A DNA stretch of 64,000 bases, taken from contig PCXC01000081.1 of assembly GCA_002796345.1 (NCBI GenBank), positions 27,314 through 91,313 of the forward strand, read 5' to 3'. Below, piece after piece: positions 40,619 to 50,865 of the stretch. The notes beneath the pieces are model-generated. The model did not search any database and was not told the DNA's origin. It worked only from the letters and a program-made list of their open reading frames with translations. Source of the DNA: Deltaproteobacteria bacterium CG11_big_fil_rev_8_21_14_0_20_42_23 (lineage in GTDB: Bacteria; UBA10199; 2-02-FULL-44-16). Both the position numbers and the translations under genes were made by a program. Each line of letters opens with the position of its first letter. The stretch's first letter is position 1.

Positions 40619-41656
40619 ATGAGTGAATCGTACAAAAAAGCTGGTGTAAATATTGATGCGGGAAATGCATTTGTTGAACGCATTAAACCCTTTGTGCAAG
40701 CAACAAAGCGCCACGGCGTTCTCACTGAACTTGGTGGCTTTGCAGGTTTTTTTCAACCTGATCTTGCTGACATGAAGGAACCTGTTTTGGTTTCTGGCAC
40801 GGATGGCGTTGGCACAAAACTGATGCTCGCAAAAGAGCTTGGCGATGTTTCACGCATTGGCATCGACCTTGTTGCCATGTGCATCAATGACATAGCTTGT
40901 TCTGGAGCAACTCCCCTTTTCTTTCTCGACTATCTTGCAACAGGCCAACTTGATGTTGAACTGCACGCTCGCGTCGTAGAAGGTATTGCCGAAGGATGCA
41001 AGCAAGCAAAGTGTGCGCTCATCGGAGGAGAGACTGCCGAAATGCCAGGATGCTATCAAGGCACAGACTTCGACCTGGCTGGTTTTGCGGTGGGCATTGT
41101 GGACAGATCAAAAATAATCGACGGCACCGAAATACGTGTTGGGCAAAAAATCATTGGCGTTGCTTCCAGCGGGTTTCATAGCAACGGTTACTCTCTTGTT
41201 CGAAGTATTATCAAAGATCACAATCTCAATCTTTCAGCAGCACTTCCAAACAGCACATCAAGCATTGGCGAAGCTTTGCTGGAACCCACTTTTATTTACA
41301 GCTCTCTCATCACTCAACTCTTAAAACAATTTTGCATCACCGGCATTGCGCACATTACTGGCGGCGGATTTTGGGATAACATTCCACGCATTCTACCACC
41401 GCGTGTGATGGCAACTATAAACAGCAGCGCTTGGCAACGTCCTCCAGTGGTTTCGTTTCTTCAAGAAACAGCAAAAATTGACGAAAGCGAAATGCTGAGG
41501 GTCTTCAACGCTGGCATTGGTTTAGTGCTTATTGTTCCTGAAGAACAAAGTCAGAGCGTTTGCGATTTTATTCAGAGTGCACAACACCACGCTTGGATTA
41601 TTGGCGACATCAAAGCAAGTGATGCTGATGCCACCATTCAATTTACAAACTTATGA
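40619..41656 (+). CDS. purM: phosphoribosylformylglycinamidine cyclo-ligase (AIR synthetase)
   Basis: PurM N- and C-domains (YKKAGVNIDAGN, GGFAGFF, DGVGTKL). Confidence 0.9.
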   Translation: MSESYKKAGVNIDAGNAFVERIKPFVQATKRHGVLTELGGFAGFFQPDLADMKEPVLVSGTDGVGTKLMLAKELGDVSRIGIDLVAMCINDIACSGATPLFFLDYLATGQLDVELHARVVEGIAEGCKQAKCALIGGETAEMPGCYQGTDFDLAGFAVGIVDRSKIIDGTEIRVGQKIIGVASSGFHSNGYSLVRSIIKDHNLNLSAALPNSTSSIGEALLEPTFIYSSLITQLLKQFCITGIAHITGGGFWDNIPRILPPRVMATINSSAWQRPPVVSFLQETAKIDESEMLRVFNAGIGLVLIVPEEQSQSVCDFIQSAQHHAWIIGDIKASDADATIQFTNL

Positions 41657-42252
41657 GTTCTTCACCTCTCATTCTCGGCGTTCTTATTTCTGGAAATGGA
41701 AGTAATTTACAAGCCATCATCGATGCCTGCCAGGAAAAGCGCATCAATGCTAAACTTGCTGTGGTTGTAAGCGACAACAAAAATGCCTACGGATTACAAC
41801 GTGCAGAGGAAGCTGGCATTCCGCATTTTGTCGTTAAGAGAACTGCCTTCGCTTCTCAAAAGGAATTTGAAGAAGAAATTGTAAGCTGCTTAAAAAGACA
41901 TAGCGTACAGCTCGTTTGCCTTGCGGGTTTCATGCGCATCATTGGAAAAAACTTACTCGCCGCATTTCCAAATCATATTCTCAACATTCATCCCTCTCTC
42001 TTGCCTGCGTTTCCCGGACTTGATGCTGTAAAGCAAGCCTATGATGCCAAGGCAAAACTTGCCGGCTGCACTGTTCATGTTGTGGATGAACTTATGGATC
42101 ATGGCCCCATTTTGCTTCAGGCATCTGTGGAAGTTACTGCCAGTGATACCTATGAAAGCCTAAAAGCGAAAATTCTTGAACAAGAACACAAGATCTATCC
42201 AAAAGTAATTCAACTCATTGCTGAAAAGAAAATCTCTCTCAGCACATTTTAA
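41653..42252 (+). CDS. purN: phosphoribosylglycinamide formyltransferase
   Basis: Formyl-transferase fold (ISGNGSNLQAII, NIHPSLLPAFPG, HxxD region); overlaps purM by 4 nt. Confidence 0.85.
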   Translation: MSSSPLILGVLISGNGSNLQAIIDACQEKRINAKLAVVVSDNKNAYGLQRAEEAGIPHFVVKRTAFASQKEFEEEIVSCLKRHSVQLVCLAGFMRIIGKNLLAAFPNHILNIHPSLLPAFPGLDAVKQAYDAKAKLAGCTVHVVDELMDHGPILLQASVEVTASDTYESLKAKILEQEHKIYPKVIQLIAEKKISLSTF

Positions 42253-42319
42253 AAAAATTTGTGCGGCAGGGATTTACAAAAAGAAAAAAACATTCTAGAG
42301 AATTTTGCCAGGGGGAATT

Positions 42320-42904
42320 ATGCATTCATATCGATCAACTCTTTTTGTCTTCGTTTTCTTTCTTTCACTTTTTCTTTCCGCGCCGCAATCTGCAAAAGCA
42401 GTGGGCAATTTTTCAATGGGAATTGGACCGGTGGGAAATATTTTTATTGTTGATGCTAAAACACCGCTGGATCCAGGGCCTGGTGGCTATCTCTATTTCG
42501 ACTATCGCTGGTCACCTCAATTTTCAACCCAGGTGAGCGTGATGGTCTCCACACAAGATGGTGCCGGATCTAGCAACGGTGACAATGGCATTGAATTTTT
42601 GGGCATTCCTACATTCGACCTCAAGTTTTTCTTTCTCGCCAACGATTCTCGTTGGGACCCCTACGCCCTCTTGGGTGCCGGTGTTTACGCCATTAGTGAA
42701 GGAACAAGAAATAACGGTACGGTTGCAGTGGGCTTAGGTACAAACCTGGGATTTGGGCTTGATTACTACGTTAGCGAGCAACTCTCAGTTGGTGGAGCTG
42801 CCATCTTTCGCTCCATTGGCCTCATTGACAGCACCAGCGGCTCCAACAATGGAACAGCACTTTTTCCCTTTAGCATGATGGCAAACGTTGCGTGGCATTG
42901 GTAG
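42320..42904 (+). CDS. small outer-membrane beta-barrel protein
   Basis: Signal peptide ending AKA, alternating amphipathic beta-strands, and an aromatic C-terminus (..NVAWHW). Confidence 0.5.
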   Translation: MHSYRSTLFVFVFFLSLFLSAPQSAKAVGNFSMGIGPVGNIFIVDAKTPLDPGPGGYLYFDYRWSPQFSTQVSVMVSTQDGAGSSNGDNGIEFLGIPTFDLKFFFLANDSRWDPYALLGAGVYAISEGTRNNGTVAVGLGTNLGFGLDYYVSEQLSVGGAAIFRSIGLIDSTSGSNNGTALFPFSMMANVAWHW

Positions 42905-42907
42905 ACT

Positions 42908-43741
42908 TCAGAGTTCTTTTTTTAAGAGTCCGCTCTTCACCCACCCTGCCAGCATTTGCGTAAGGTGCAAAAGTTCTTCTTGGCTACTTCCAATCAGATC
43001 TTCTGCTTCTTCACACAATGTAGAAAACTTTTTCCCTGCTTTCAGAAGCTGTAAGAGCTTCTCTTCCTTTTCTTCAAGGCTTTGATACATCACTTCATAT
43101 TCATTTCGCCACAAAACTATTGAAGACGTTTCATCTTTCAAGCGTTCAAATGCAAAAACCGTTTCTGGAGAGCCCAGGTAATGCTTACGTATTTCCCACA
43201 CCGGAAACTGCGCCGTGAGAAATCGCACAGATGGCACAAGCTGCAAATGGAGATTTGGCCATGCTTCTGGAGCACATGCTTCCAAATCTGAAAGTTCAAG
43301 TGCAACAGCATCTGCCGCATCAAAGGCCTCAAGCAATTCCCATTCAAAAGCCGCAAGATCTGCCAGAAAAGGATATTGCTCTTGCAGCGAATGTCTTTTT
43401 AAAAAAGGGGGAAGATGCTTTCCTGCGTAACGCAGTGAGAAATGACGTGGAACATGAACGTTTAAATATTCACGAATGAGTTCAAGAAAAAGTTCATCAC
43501 CTAATACTGCATGCACAGTAGCATAGTCTTCCTTTAAGCTATTGTGGATGCGAATAAAATAAGCAGTGGCATAAATTTCTAATCGTCGAACGGCATCAAG
43601 TTTTTCAGTTGAACACACAGGCAAATCATGGAGTTGGTAATGTTCAATCGCAGCTTCAATTCCGCCGGAGTAACTCACAAGTTTTTTGATGAGATCTTGC
43701 GTCTCTTTAAGCGTTAGCTGACTGCTTGGATTTGAAGGCAT
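42908..43741 (-). CDS. DUF2063-family protein (MbnC/BufC-like partner of DUF692 enzymes)
   Basis: N-terminal LDAVRRLEIYATAYFIRIHNSLKEDY...LGDELFLELIREYL matches the DUF2063 RLxIYRNxY / LGxxxFxxL pattern. It overlaps the upstream DUF692 gene by 35 nt. Confidence 0.65.
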   Translation of the reverse strand: MPSNPSSQLTLKETQDLIKKLVSYSGGIEAAIEHYQLHDLPVCSTEKLDAVRRLEIYATAYFIRIHNSLKEDYATVHAVLGDELFLELIREYLNVHVPRHFSLRYAGKHLPPFLKRHSLQEQYPFLADLAAFEWELLEAFDAADAVALELSDLEACAPEAWPNLHLQLVPSVRFLTAQFPVWEIRKHYLGSPETVFAFERLKDETSSIVLWRNEYEVMYQSLEEKEEKLLQLLKAGKKFSTLCEEAEDLIGSSQEELLHLTQMLAGWVKSGLLKKEL

Positions 43742-44567
43742 GATATCTTTCCTTTGCTCGGGTGAGTTCTAAGAGGAGCTCATCAAAGGGAGGAATGTGA
43801 TCGTCCCATTCAATAAGGGTTGAAACATCTCCAAAACGTTCGAGCGCTTTATCGTACAACTTCCACACTTCATCTCGAATGTGGTGATCATGCGTATCCA
43901 GCAAGTGCGTGCCCATGTCACTATGACCAGCAAGATGAAACTGGCCAACGCGCTTGGGATCGATCGCGTTTAAATAAACATGCGGATCAAATTCGTGATT
44001 CACAGCACTTACAAAAATATTGTTGATGTCGAGCAAGATATTGCAATCGGCTTCTTCCGCAATGCAGCTGACAAATTCCCATTCAGTCATCGACGAAGAA
44101 TGATACTCCATATAACTGGAAACATTTTCGAGTAAAATTTTTCGTTCAAGAAAATCTTGCACCTGTCTAACCCTTGCTATCACATGCTTTGCCGCCTCTT
44201 CTGTTTGTGGAATGGGCATCAAATCATGCAAGCTATGTTTTCCAGTGCTGCTCCAACACGTGTGATCAGAAATCCACTTTGGATTACAACGATCTGCAAG
44301 TTGCTTGAGTTTTTTAAGGTAGTCAAAATCGAGGGGATCTGTAGAACCAATGGACATCGAAACGCCATGCATCACAATGGGATAATGTTCTGCAATTTGA
44401 TCTAAAACTGAAAGCGGCCTTCCACCAGGAATCATGAAGTTTTCAGAAATCACTTCAAACCAGTCAACTTCTTTGGGCCACTTTTCTAGAATATCGGGGT
44501 AGTGCTTTGTTCGCAACCCTACCCCGAAACTTAGAAACGGACATGCTTTTGAATCAGCAGTCTTCAT
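43707..44567 (-). CDS. DUF692 family non-heme di/tri-iron enzyme (MbnB/BufB-like)
   Basis: Hallmark motifs GVGLR, WFEVISENFM, HGVSMSIGS, ISDHTCW, LENVSSY, LLDINNIFVSAVNH, FHLAGH, DTHDHHI and IEWDD. Confidence 0.8.
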   Translation of the reverse strand: MKTADSKACPFLSFGVGLRTKHYPDILEKWPKEVDWFEVISENFMIPGGRPLSVLDQIAEHYPIVMHGVSMSIGSTDPLDFDYLKKLKQLADRCNPKWISDHTCWSSTGKHSLHDLMPIPQTEEAAKHVIARVRQVQDFLERKILLENVSSYMEYHSSSMTEWEFVSCIAEEADCNILLDINNIFVSAVNHEFDPHVYLNAIDPKRVGQFHLAGHSDMGTHLLDTHDHHIRDEVWKLYDKALERFGDVSTLIEWDDHIPPFDELLLELTRAKERYHAFKSKQSANA

Positions 44568-44833
44568 TATTTTTCAACTTTTCCGCCTTTTTCAACGCAC
44601 TCTGCTTCAGTTGCAGTTTTGATGAAGCCTTTTCCGCCACAACCATTTTGTCCTGCACAAGCATTGCCTGCAGTTTTGCATGCACTGTGACCTTTGCACG
44701 CATTTGCGCCCATACATTTTACCATGTCAGCTTTTTCAGCTTTTGGCGCGCTGTCGGCATTTGCAGCACCAGCAATGAAAAGACCAGCAACCGCAGCAGC
44801 TACCATAGCACCTTTTAATGTTCTTTTGTTCAT
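44567..44833 (-). CDS. DUF2282-type Cys-rich secreted precursor peptide (bufferin BufA-like)
   Basis: Sec signal MNKRTLKGAMVAAAVAGLFIAGAANA, then KCMGANACKGHSACKTAGNACAGQNGCGGKG with 6 Cys (C-x-G-x-N-x-C-K-G repeats). Start at 44833 with AAGGGG upstream. The TGA overlaps the ATG of the DUF692 gene (ATGA). Confidence 0.75.
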   Translation of the reverse strand: MNKRTLKGAMVAAAVAGLFIAGAANADSAPKAEKADMVKCMGANACKGHSACKTAGNACAGQNGCGGKGFIKTATEAECVEKGGKVEK

Positions 44834-44906
44834 GTGTTCCCCTTGTGATTCAACAAACTGCTTTTTTTCACTATGAGAAAAAACGGTTTGTTCTGAGTTT
44901 CTGCAG

Positions 44907-44935
44907 ATTCTAGAAAAAGCAAAATCTCTCGTCAA
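44907..44935 (-). promoter_or_regulatory. near-consensus sigma-70 promoter for the DUF2282-DUF692-DUF2063 operon
   Basis: Minus strand: TTGACG (44935-44930), a 17 nt spacer, then TAGAAT (44912-44907); about 65 nt 5'UTR to the bufA-like ATG. Confidence 0.45.
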
Positions 44936-44968
44936 TAAGAAAAATGAGGGAGGAAAAGGAAGGAAGTA

Positions 44969-46078
44969 TTAAAATTCTAACTGCCCTTTCATAAAGGCAA
45001 TAATTTTTGCATTTCCCAAAAACTGGTCGAAGAGATCGTTCCCAGAGGGAGCTGCTGGAAGTGTGGTTTCCAGTCGTAAGGTAATGTTTCCGCCCGATAA
45101 TGGCTCAAGCGTTTCAAGCATTAAGTTTGGAATATCAAAATCAACAATCCCTGCTAAGCCAGGTGTTACCTGCTCTGGATCAAGTTCACCAAGCACAACG
45201 CGAATGCGGAAAGAAACTCCATCCAAATCTAAACGCGTTCCATCAAAACTTCCCTCGGCGACTATTTTTTTGCTTCCAGTAATAATCATTGTGGCGGTTA
45301 CGCCTGAAGGAAGATCAGGAATTTCTGTACTGCGCAGATACATAATAACTGGCGGAAATTCATCCATGCTTAAGGTTGCGCCTTCATCAGAAATGGTGAT
45401 GGGAATTTTTCCCGTGATGATCAGATCTGTAGGTCCACCTGGAAGTAAACTTGGGATATCAAGCGCAAACCCGCCGCTGTAGCATGCGCGCTGGTCACCC
45501 GGCGTACATTCGCCAAGCGTTGCACCAATGGCAAGCTCACCATTTGGCCCAGGTGCTGCTTCACCAATCAACTGAACATACACAAGTCCTTCACGCGGAG
45601 AATCAAACATAAACTGTAAAAGCCCGCGATGAAGAGCAGAATATTCTTTTACCTGACTTTGCTGATATTCACCTACTTGGTCTTCGGTAACTGGCGTCCA
45701 GCGTTCTGTTTCACCAGTAACCCAACCACCAAAACTTGCTTTCGTCGTTTCCAAATTCAGTGGCGAGTAAGTGACTTTTACCTTCAAGACATCGCCGGGA
45801 GGAATCACAATATCTTTCTGCTGCGACTCTTGCCCACCCACAAGAACTTGTGTCACTTGAAAATGACCTTCTGCATTTGAATAAGGCTCAAAGCCTGCAA
45901 AACGAAGATGCTGCTCTTCATCTTTACTGGGATTGGCAATGGTAATGCTGCGCGTTGACTCCAGCGTAATTTGCGTTTTCGGAAACACTTCATCCTGCCA
46001 CGCCGTAAACTGATCCGGCGCTTGGCTGCACGCAGCAAGCAAAAGCACAGCACAAGTTGTAATCAATCGTTTCGTCAT
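44969..46078 (-). CDS. hypothetical lipoprotein
   Basis: Lipobox LLLAAC|S; 369 aa, Gly/Thr-rich, likely beta-rich; no recognisable motif. Confidence 0.5.
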   Translation of the reverse strand: MTKRLITTCAVLLLAACSQAPDQFTAWQDEVFPKTQITLESTRSITIANPSKDEEQHLRFAGFEPYSNAEGHFQVTQVLVGGQESQQKDIVIPPGDVLKVKVTYSPLNLETTKASFGGWVTGETERWTPVTEDQVGEYQQSQVKEYSALHRGLLQFMFDSPREGLVYVQLIGEAAPGPNGELAIGATLGECTPGDQRACYSGGFALDIPSLLPGGPTDLIITGKIPITISDEGATLSMDEFPPVIMYLRSTEIPDLPSGVTATMIITGSKKIVAEGSFDGTRLDLDGVSFRIRVVLGELDPEQVTPGLAGIVDFDIPNLMLETLEPLSGGNITLRLETTLPAAPSGNDLFDQFLGNAKIIAFMKGQLEF

Positions 46079-46267
46079 ACGTAAAGTTTTGTTCCCATAC
46101 CTTCAAAGAGCCACATTGCCTAGTGCCAGCGTGTCAAACCGGAGACGCATAGCAGCATAATGTCTCAACCTCTTATCGGTGGCTCATCAGAAAAGTTGCG
46201 TGAATAGTTTGCTCACGCATTTTGGTGTATTTTACTTTAAATATTAAGGGGTTAGAAAACTAGCTCT

Positions 46268-47623
46268 TCAACGCACTTTAGGCATGATGGGATAATTTTC
46301 GGTGAAGCAGGCGTCGCAGTATTCGTCTTTGTTTTTTTCGTCCTCGAACCAATATAAATCATCGCGGGAAAGGTAGGAAAGGCTGTCAGCGTCGATGAAC
46401 TTTCTGATTTCTTCGATGGAGTGATTTGCTGCGGTGAGTTCTTTTTTATCTGGCGTATCAATGCCGTAATAGCATGGCCCAATTGTAGGTGGCGAGGAAA
46501 CACGCATGTGCACTTCTTTTGCGCCAGCCTTTCGCAACATTTTTACAATTTTCATTGAGGTTGTTCCACGCACAATGGAATCATCTACAACGATCACACG
46601 TTTTCCCTCAAGCACTTCGCGAACGGGATTGAGTTTGAGCTTTACGCCAAAATGTCTAATTTCACTTACGGGTTCAATGAACGTACGCCCTACATAATGG
46701 TTGCGAATCAAGCCAAGCTCATACGGAATCCCTGATTCCTCGGCATAACCAATCGCCGCCGGCACACCTGAATCGGGGATGGGAATAACCACATCGGCAT
46801 CAACCGGAAACTCATTTGCCAACTGCTTTCCAAAGCCTTTACGAATGGGATACACATCGCGGCCAAACAAATGGCTGTCGGGACGAGCGAAATAAATATA
46901 TTCAAAAATACACTTTTTTGCCCTCTTCTTTGCTTTTTCAAATGGCTTGAACGAATGTATACCCTCTTGATTGAACAACACAATTTCACCAGGTTCGATG
47001 TCGCGCACATATTCTGCATCTATCAAATCGAGCGCGCAGGTTTCGGAAACCACAATGTAACCGTCTCCAATTTTTCCAATTGAAAGCGGACGAAAACCGT
47101 AAGGGTCACGCGCTGCTACCAAGCCTTCTTTGCACAAAAAAGTAAGGGAATAAGCACCTTCAACTTTTTTGAGTGCTGCTGTAATGCGATCAACAATATT
47201 TCCTTTTTTTTCACGTGCAATTAAATGCATCACCACTTCGGTATCCATGGTAGATCTAAAAATAGCACCATCTTCCTCAAGCTGCGTTTTCAAAAACTTC
47301 GAGTTGGTAATGTCTCCATTGTGCGCAATGCCATACGATTCACCTCTCGCATTCACCACAAATGGCTGAGCATTGGCTAAGACTGAAGTACCGGTTGTTG
47401 AATAGCGAACATGACCAATGCAAGCATCGCCAGCAAGTTTTTCCAAAAGAGGTTGATCAAACAAATCAGCAACAAGCCCCATACCACAATGCTGATGAAA
47501 GCTCTTGCCGTCTAATGAGAAAATACCAGCGCTTTCCTGTCCGCGATGTTGTTCTGCATACAAGCAGAGATAGGCAAGCTTGCTTGCTTCTTTATGATTA
47601 AATACTCCAACAACACCACACAT
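46268..47623 (-). CDS. purF: amidophosphoribosyltransferase
   Basis: N-terminal nucleophile MCGVVGVF and the PRTase domain DDSIVRGTT. Confidence 0.95.
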   Translation of the reverse strand: MCGVVGVFNHKEASKLAYLCLYAEQHRGQESAGIFSLDGKSFHQHCGMGLVADLFDQPLLEKLAGDACIGHVRYSTTGTSVLANAQPFVVNARGESYGIAHNGDITNSKFLKTQLEEDGAIFRSTMDTEVVMHLIAREKKGNIVDRITAALKKVEGAYSLTFLCKEGLVAARDPYGFRPLSIGKIGDGYIVVSETCALDLIDAEYVRDIEPGEIVLFNQEGIHSFKPFEKAKKRAKKCIFEYIYFARPDSHLFGRDVYPIRKGFGKQLANEFPVDADVVIPIPDSGVPAAIGYAEESGIPYELGLIRNHYVGRTFIEPVSEIRHFGVKLKLNPVREVLEGKRVIVVDDSIVRGTTSMKIVKMLRKAGAKEVHMRVSSPPTIGPCYYGIDTPDKKELTAANHSIEEIRKFIDADSLSYLSRDDLYWFEDEKNKDEYCDACFTENYPIMPKVR

Positions 47624-47654
47624 AAAAACTCCTTAAGCCTTCTTCGCAGAAAAC

Positions 47655-49880
47655 TTATGCATCATTTGAAAATCTTTTTGCAAACGCGTTTCGCCAACGA
47701 TCATTTAACTCAGCAACATTAATGTTAATCACACCCTCGTTTATGGAGAAACAGGATCCACCTACTTCGCCAATAACACTGCTGTTCACGCCACACTCTT
47801 TTGCAATGTTTTGGAGGTTTTCAAGATCTTGCGGCGCAACAGAAACCACAATGCGTGAAGCGGTTTCGCCAAACAAAAGCGCATCCATTCGAATGTTTTC
47901 TTGGAGGTTCACTCTGACACCTAACAGACTGCCAGACCTTGTCAAGCATGACTCTGCCAAGCATATGGCCAAGCCACCATCAGAAACATCGTGTGCAGAC
48001 TTGATCATTTTGCGTTCGATAAGCGTTCGGCATAAAGCCTGAAGTGCTTTCTCATATTCAAAGTTTAAAGATGGTGGAAACCCTGCTACTTTTTGGTGAA
48101 TCACACTCAGGTATTCACTTGCCCCAAGATCAAGCTCTGTTTTTCCAAGCAAGACAATCATGTCGCCGCTGTCTTTCCACCACGGCGTCATTACTTTTTC
48201 GGCATCTTCCAAAAGCCCAACCATGGCCACTGCCGGCGTGGGATAAATACCTTCACCTGAAGTCTCGTTGTAGAAGCTTACGTTTCCACTTACGATGGGA
48301 GTTGAAAAAGCTTCGCACGCAGCAGCCATACCGCGAAGCGATTGTGTAAACTGCCACATAATTTCTTTACGCTCAGGATTTCCAAAGTTGAGGCAATCGG
48401 TAATGGCAAGTGGCTTTGCCCCCACGCAACTTAAGTTCCGCGCAGATTCAGCAACAGCAAGGGCTGCACCAGTGTAAGGGGCGAGGTAGCAATATCGGCT
48501 GTTGCAATCGGCACTCAGCGCAATGGCTTTCTTGGTGTCTTTAATCCGCACCACTGCTGCATCAGCGCCAGGGAGCACAAGCGAATTTGTCATCACCATA
48601 TGATCATACTGCTGCCAAATCCAAGCCTTGTTGTATAAGTTTGGAGACTCAATCAAGGTAAGAAAAGCTTCTTGATATGATTTTGGTTCTGGAATTTCAT
48701 CAAGGTTTAATTCTTGCTTTGCAGCAAGATCACTTGGTTTTTCAGCTGGTCTGTCATACAGAGGCGCTTCATCCACCAGCGGCCGGATAGGCATATCCAC
48801 CACAACTTCGCCGCGATGTTCGATGTGCATTTTTCCGCTGTCGGTCACTTCACCAATCACCGCTACATCAAGATCCCATTTTTCAAAAATATTTTTTACA
48901 ATATCTTCTTTTCCACGCTGCGCTACAATCAACATGCGTTCCTGCGACTCTGACAACATCATCTCATACGCCGTCATGTTTTCTTCGCGCTGCGGAACGA
49001 AGTCTAGGTTAAGCTTCATGCCACTGCCCGCACGGTCTGCCATTTCAAACGAAGAACTCGTGAGCCCCGCTGCACCCATATCTTGAATACCAACGATGGC
49101 ATCTTCTTTCATCAACTCAAGGCAAGCTTCTAGCAACAGTTTTTCTGTGAAAGGATCGCCCACTTGAACCGTTGGACGTTTTTCTTCGGAGCTTTCGTCA
49201 AATTCATCCGAAGCCATGGTGGCACCGTGAATACCATCGCGCCCAGTTTTAGAACCTACATAAATAACAGGATTGCCAACACCAGAACCAAATCCACGGA
49301 AAATTTTGTCGCTATCCAAAAGGCCGATGCAAAATGCATTCACCAAAATGTTGCCGTTGTAACACGCATCGAAACTACATTCGCCGCCAACCGTTGGAAT
49401 ACCCATCGTATTTCCATAGCCGCCAATGCCTGATACCACACCATTTACCAAGTATTTGGTTTTGGGATGATCTACACTTCCAAAACGAAGTGAATTCAAA
49501 AGCGCAATAGGCCTTGCTCCCATCGTGAAAACATCGCGTAAAATTCCGCCCACTCCCGTTGCTGCGCCTTGATATGGTTCGATGTAGGAGGGGTGGTTGT
49601 GACTTTCCATTTTGAAGCAAACAGCTTTGCCATCGCCAATGTCCACCACGCCAGCATTTTCGCCCGGGCCTTGTAAAACCTGTGGGCCTTTTGTGGGAAG
49701 TTTTTTCAAGTGAATACGCGAGCTTTTGTACGAGCAGTGCTCAGACCACATCACAGAGCAAATACCAAGCTCGGTAATGCTGGGCTCTCTTTCCAAAAAC
49801 TTGAGGATTTTTTTATATTCCTCTTGAGAGAGACCATGTTCAGCAATTAATTCTGGAGTTATTTTTGTTGGTGTCGTCAT
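47655..49880 (-). CDS. purL: phosphoribosylformylglycinamidine synthase subunit PurL
   Basis: 741 aa small-PurL architecture with duplicated AIRS-like domains. Confidence 0.95.
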   Translation of the reverse strand: MTTPTKITPELIAEHGLSQEEYKKILKFLEREPSITELGICSVMWSEHCSYKSSRIHLKKLPTKGPQVLQGPGENAGVVDIGDGKAVCFKMESHNHPSYIEPYQGAATGVGGILRDVFTMGARPIALLNSLRFGSVDHPKTKYLVNGVVSGIGGYGNTMGIPTVGGECSFDACYNGNILVNAFCIGLLDSDKIFRGFGSGVGNPVIYVGSKTGRDGIHGATMASDEFDESSEEKRPTVQVGDPFTEKLLLEACLELMKEDAIVGIQDMGAAGLTSSSFEMADRAGSGMKLNLDFVPQREENMTAYEMMLSESQERMLIVAQRGKEDIVKNIFEKWDLDVAVIGEVTDSGKMHIEHRGEVVVDMPIRPLVDEAPLYDRPAEKPSDLAAKQELNLDEIPEPKSYQEAFLTLIESPNLYNKAWIWQQYDHMVMTNSLVLPGADAAVVRIKDTKKAIALSADCNSRYCYLAPYTGAALAVAESARNLSCVGAKPLAITDCLNFGNPERKEIMWQFTQSLRGMAAACEAFSTPIVSGNVSFYNETSGEGIYPTPAVAMVGLLEDAEKVMTPWWKDSGDMIVLLGKTELDLGASEYLSVIHQKVAGFPPSLNFEYEKALQALCRTLIERKMIKSAHDVSDGGLAICLAESCLTRSGSLLGVRVNLQENIRMDALLFGETASRIVVSVAPQDLENLQNIAKECGVNSSVIGEVGGSCFSINEGVININVAELNDRWRNAFAKRFSNDA

Positions 49881-49905
49881 ATTTTTATGAGGGTCATGCC
49901 AAACA

Positions 49906-50595
49906 TCACATGACAGAACGAATGAGTGATTGGAAAATTTTCAGTCCATCTTCATTGTGTAAAATACTTTCAGAACAACGTTCAGGATGCGGCATCATGC
50001 CCATTACATTTCCGGCTTCATTGCTAATACCTGCAACAGCAGACACAGACCCATTAAGGTTATCGGTTTCCGTCAGCTCACCTTCAGAGTTGCAATAGCG
50101 GAAAATAATTTGTTTCTTTCTTTCGTATTGCTTTATCACGTTGTCTTGCTCAAAAAAGTTTCCATCCATATGCGCCACTGGAATACGCAACACTTCTGCT
50201 GCTGCACATTGCTTGGTAAATGGTGTGTTGTTATTTTCAACTCGAACGTAAAGGTCTTTGCAGATGAACTTGAGATTTTTATTTCGCATCAAAACGCCCG
50301 GCAAAAGTCGCGCTTCTTGCAAAATTTGAAAACCGTTGCAGATACCAAACACCAAACCAGCATTGCTAGCAAATGCTTGCACACTCTGCATTACCGGAGA
50401 CTTTGCTGCCACAGCGCCAGAGCGCAAGTAGTCACCGTAGGAAAAACCACCTGGCACTACAATGAGGTCTGCATCTTTCAAATCTGTTTCTTTGTGCCAG
50501 ATAAAAAAAGCTTCTTGGCCCAAAACATTTTTAAGCACATGCAAACAATCGTGATCGCAATTGCTTCCAGGAAAAACAAGAATTCCACATTTCAT
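49906..50595 (-). CDS. purQ: phosphoribosylformylglycinamidine synthase glutaminase subunit PurQ
   Basis: Class I glutamine amidotransferase with the catalytic Cys in GICNGFQ and the His/Glu in MPHPER. Confidence 0.9.
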   Translation of the reverse strand: MKCGILVFPGSNCDHDCLHVLKNVLGQEAFFIWHKETDLKDADLIVVPGGFSYGDYLRSGAVAAKSPVMQSVQAFASNAGLVFGICNGFQILQEARLLPGVLMRNKNLKFICKDLYVRVENNNTPFTKQCAAAEVLRIPVAHMDGNFFEQDNVIKQYERKKQIIFRYCNSEGELTETDNLNGSVSAVAGISNEAGNVMGMMPHPERCSESILHNEDGLKIFQSLIRSVM

Positions 50596-50621
50596 AAAGG
50601 TTCACCGGCTCGCATCTTTTA

Positions 50622-50864
50622 TTACGGCTCTAATTCAAAGTGATAGGATTCGATAATGGTATTGCTTAAAAGCTTTTCACACATTTGGGTGACACTCTCT
50701 TTTGCTTTTTCTGCATCTTCTTCATTGAGCTTGAGTTCAATAAACTTTCCCACTCTTACTTCTTGCACACCTCTGTGGCCAAGGCCTGTTAGCGCATGTT
50801 TTACAGCTTCACCTTGAGGATCGTGAACACTTTTTTTCAAACTGATGTAAATTTTTGCTCGCAT
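50622..50864 (-). CDS. purS: phosphoribosylformylglycinamidine synthase subunit PurS
   Basis: An 80 aa ferredoxin-like protein starting MRAKIYISLKKSVHDPQGEAV. The start is trimmed so that it abuts purB rather than overlapping it. Confidence 0.8.
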   Translation of the reverse strand: MRAKIYISLKKSVHDPQGEAVKHALTGLGHRGVQEVRVGKFIELKLNEEDAEKAKESVTQMCEKLLSNTIIESYHFELEP

Positions 50865-50865
50865 A

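Noticed and set aside
42908-44833. Methanobactin (MbnA-B-C) cluster as alternative reading of the DUF692/DUF2063 pair
   Set aside because: There is no short MbnA-like leader/core peptide and no mbnT/mbnM genes. The precursor is an about 60-residue DUF2282-type Cys-rich domain with a Sec signal, which fits bufferins rather than methanobactins.
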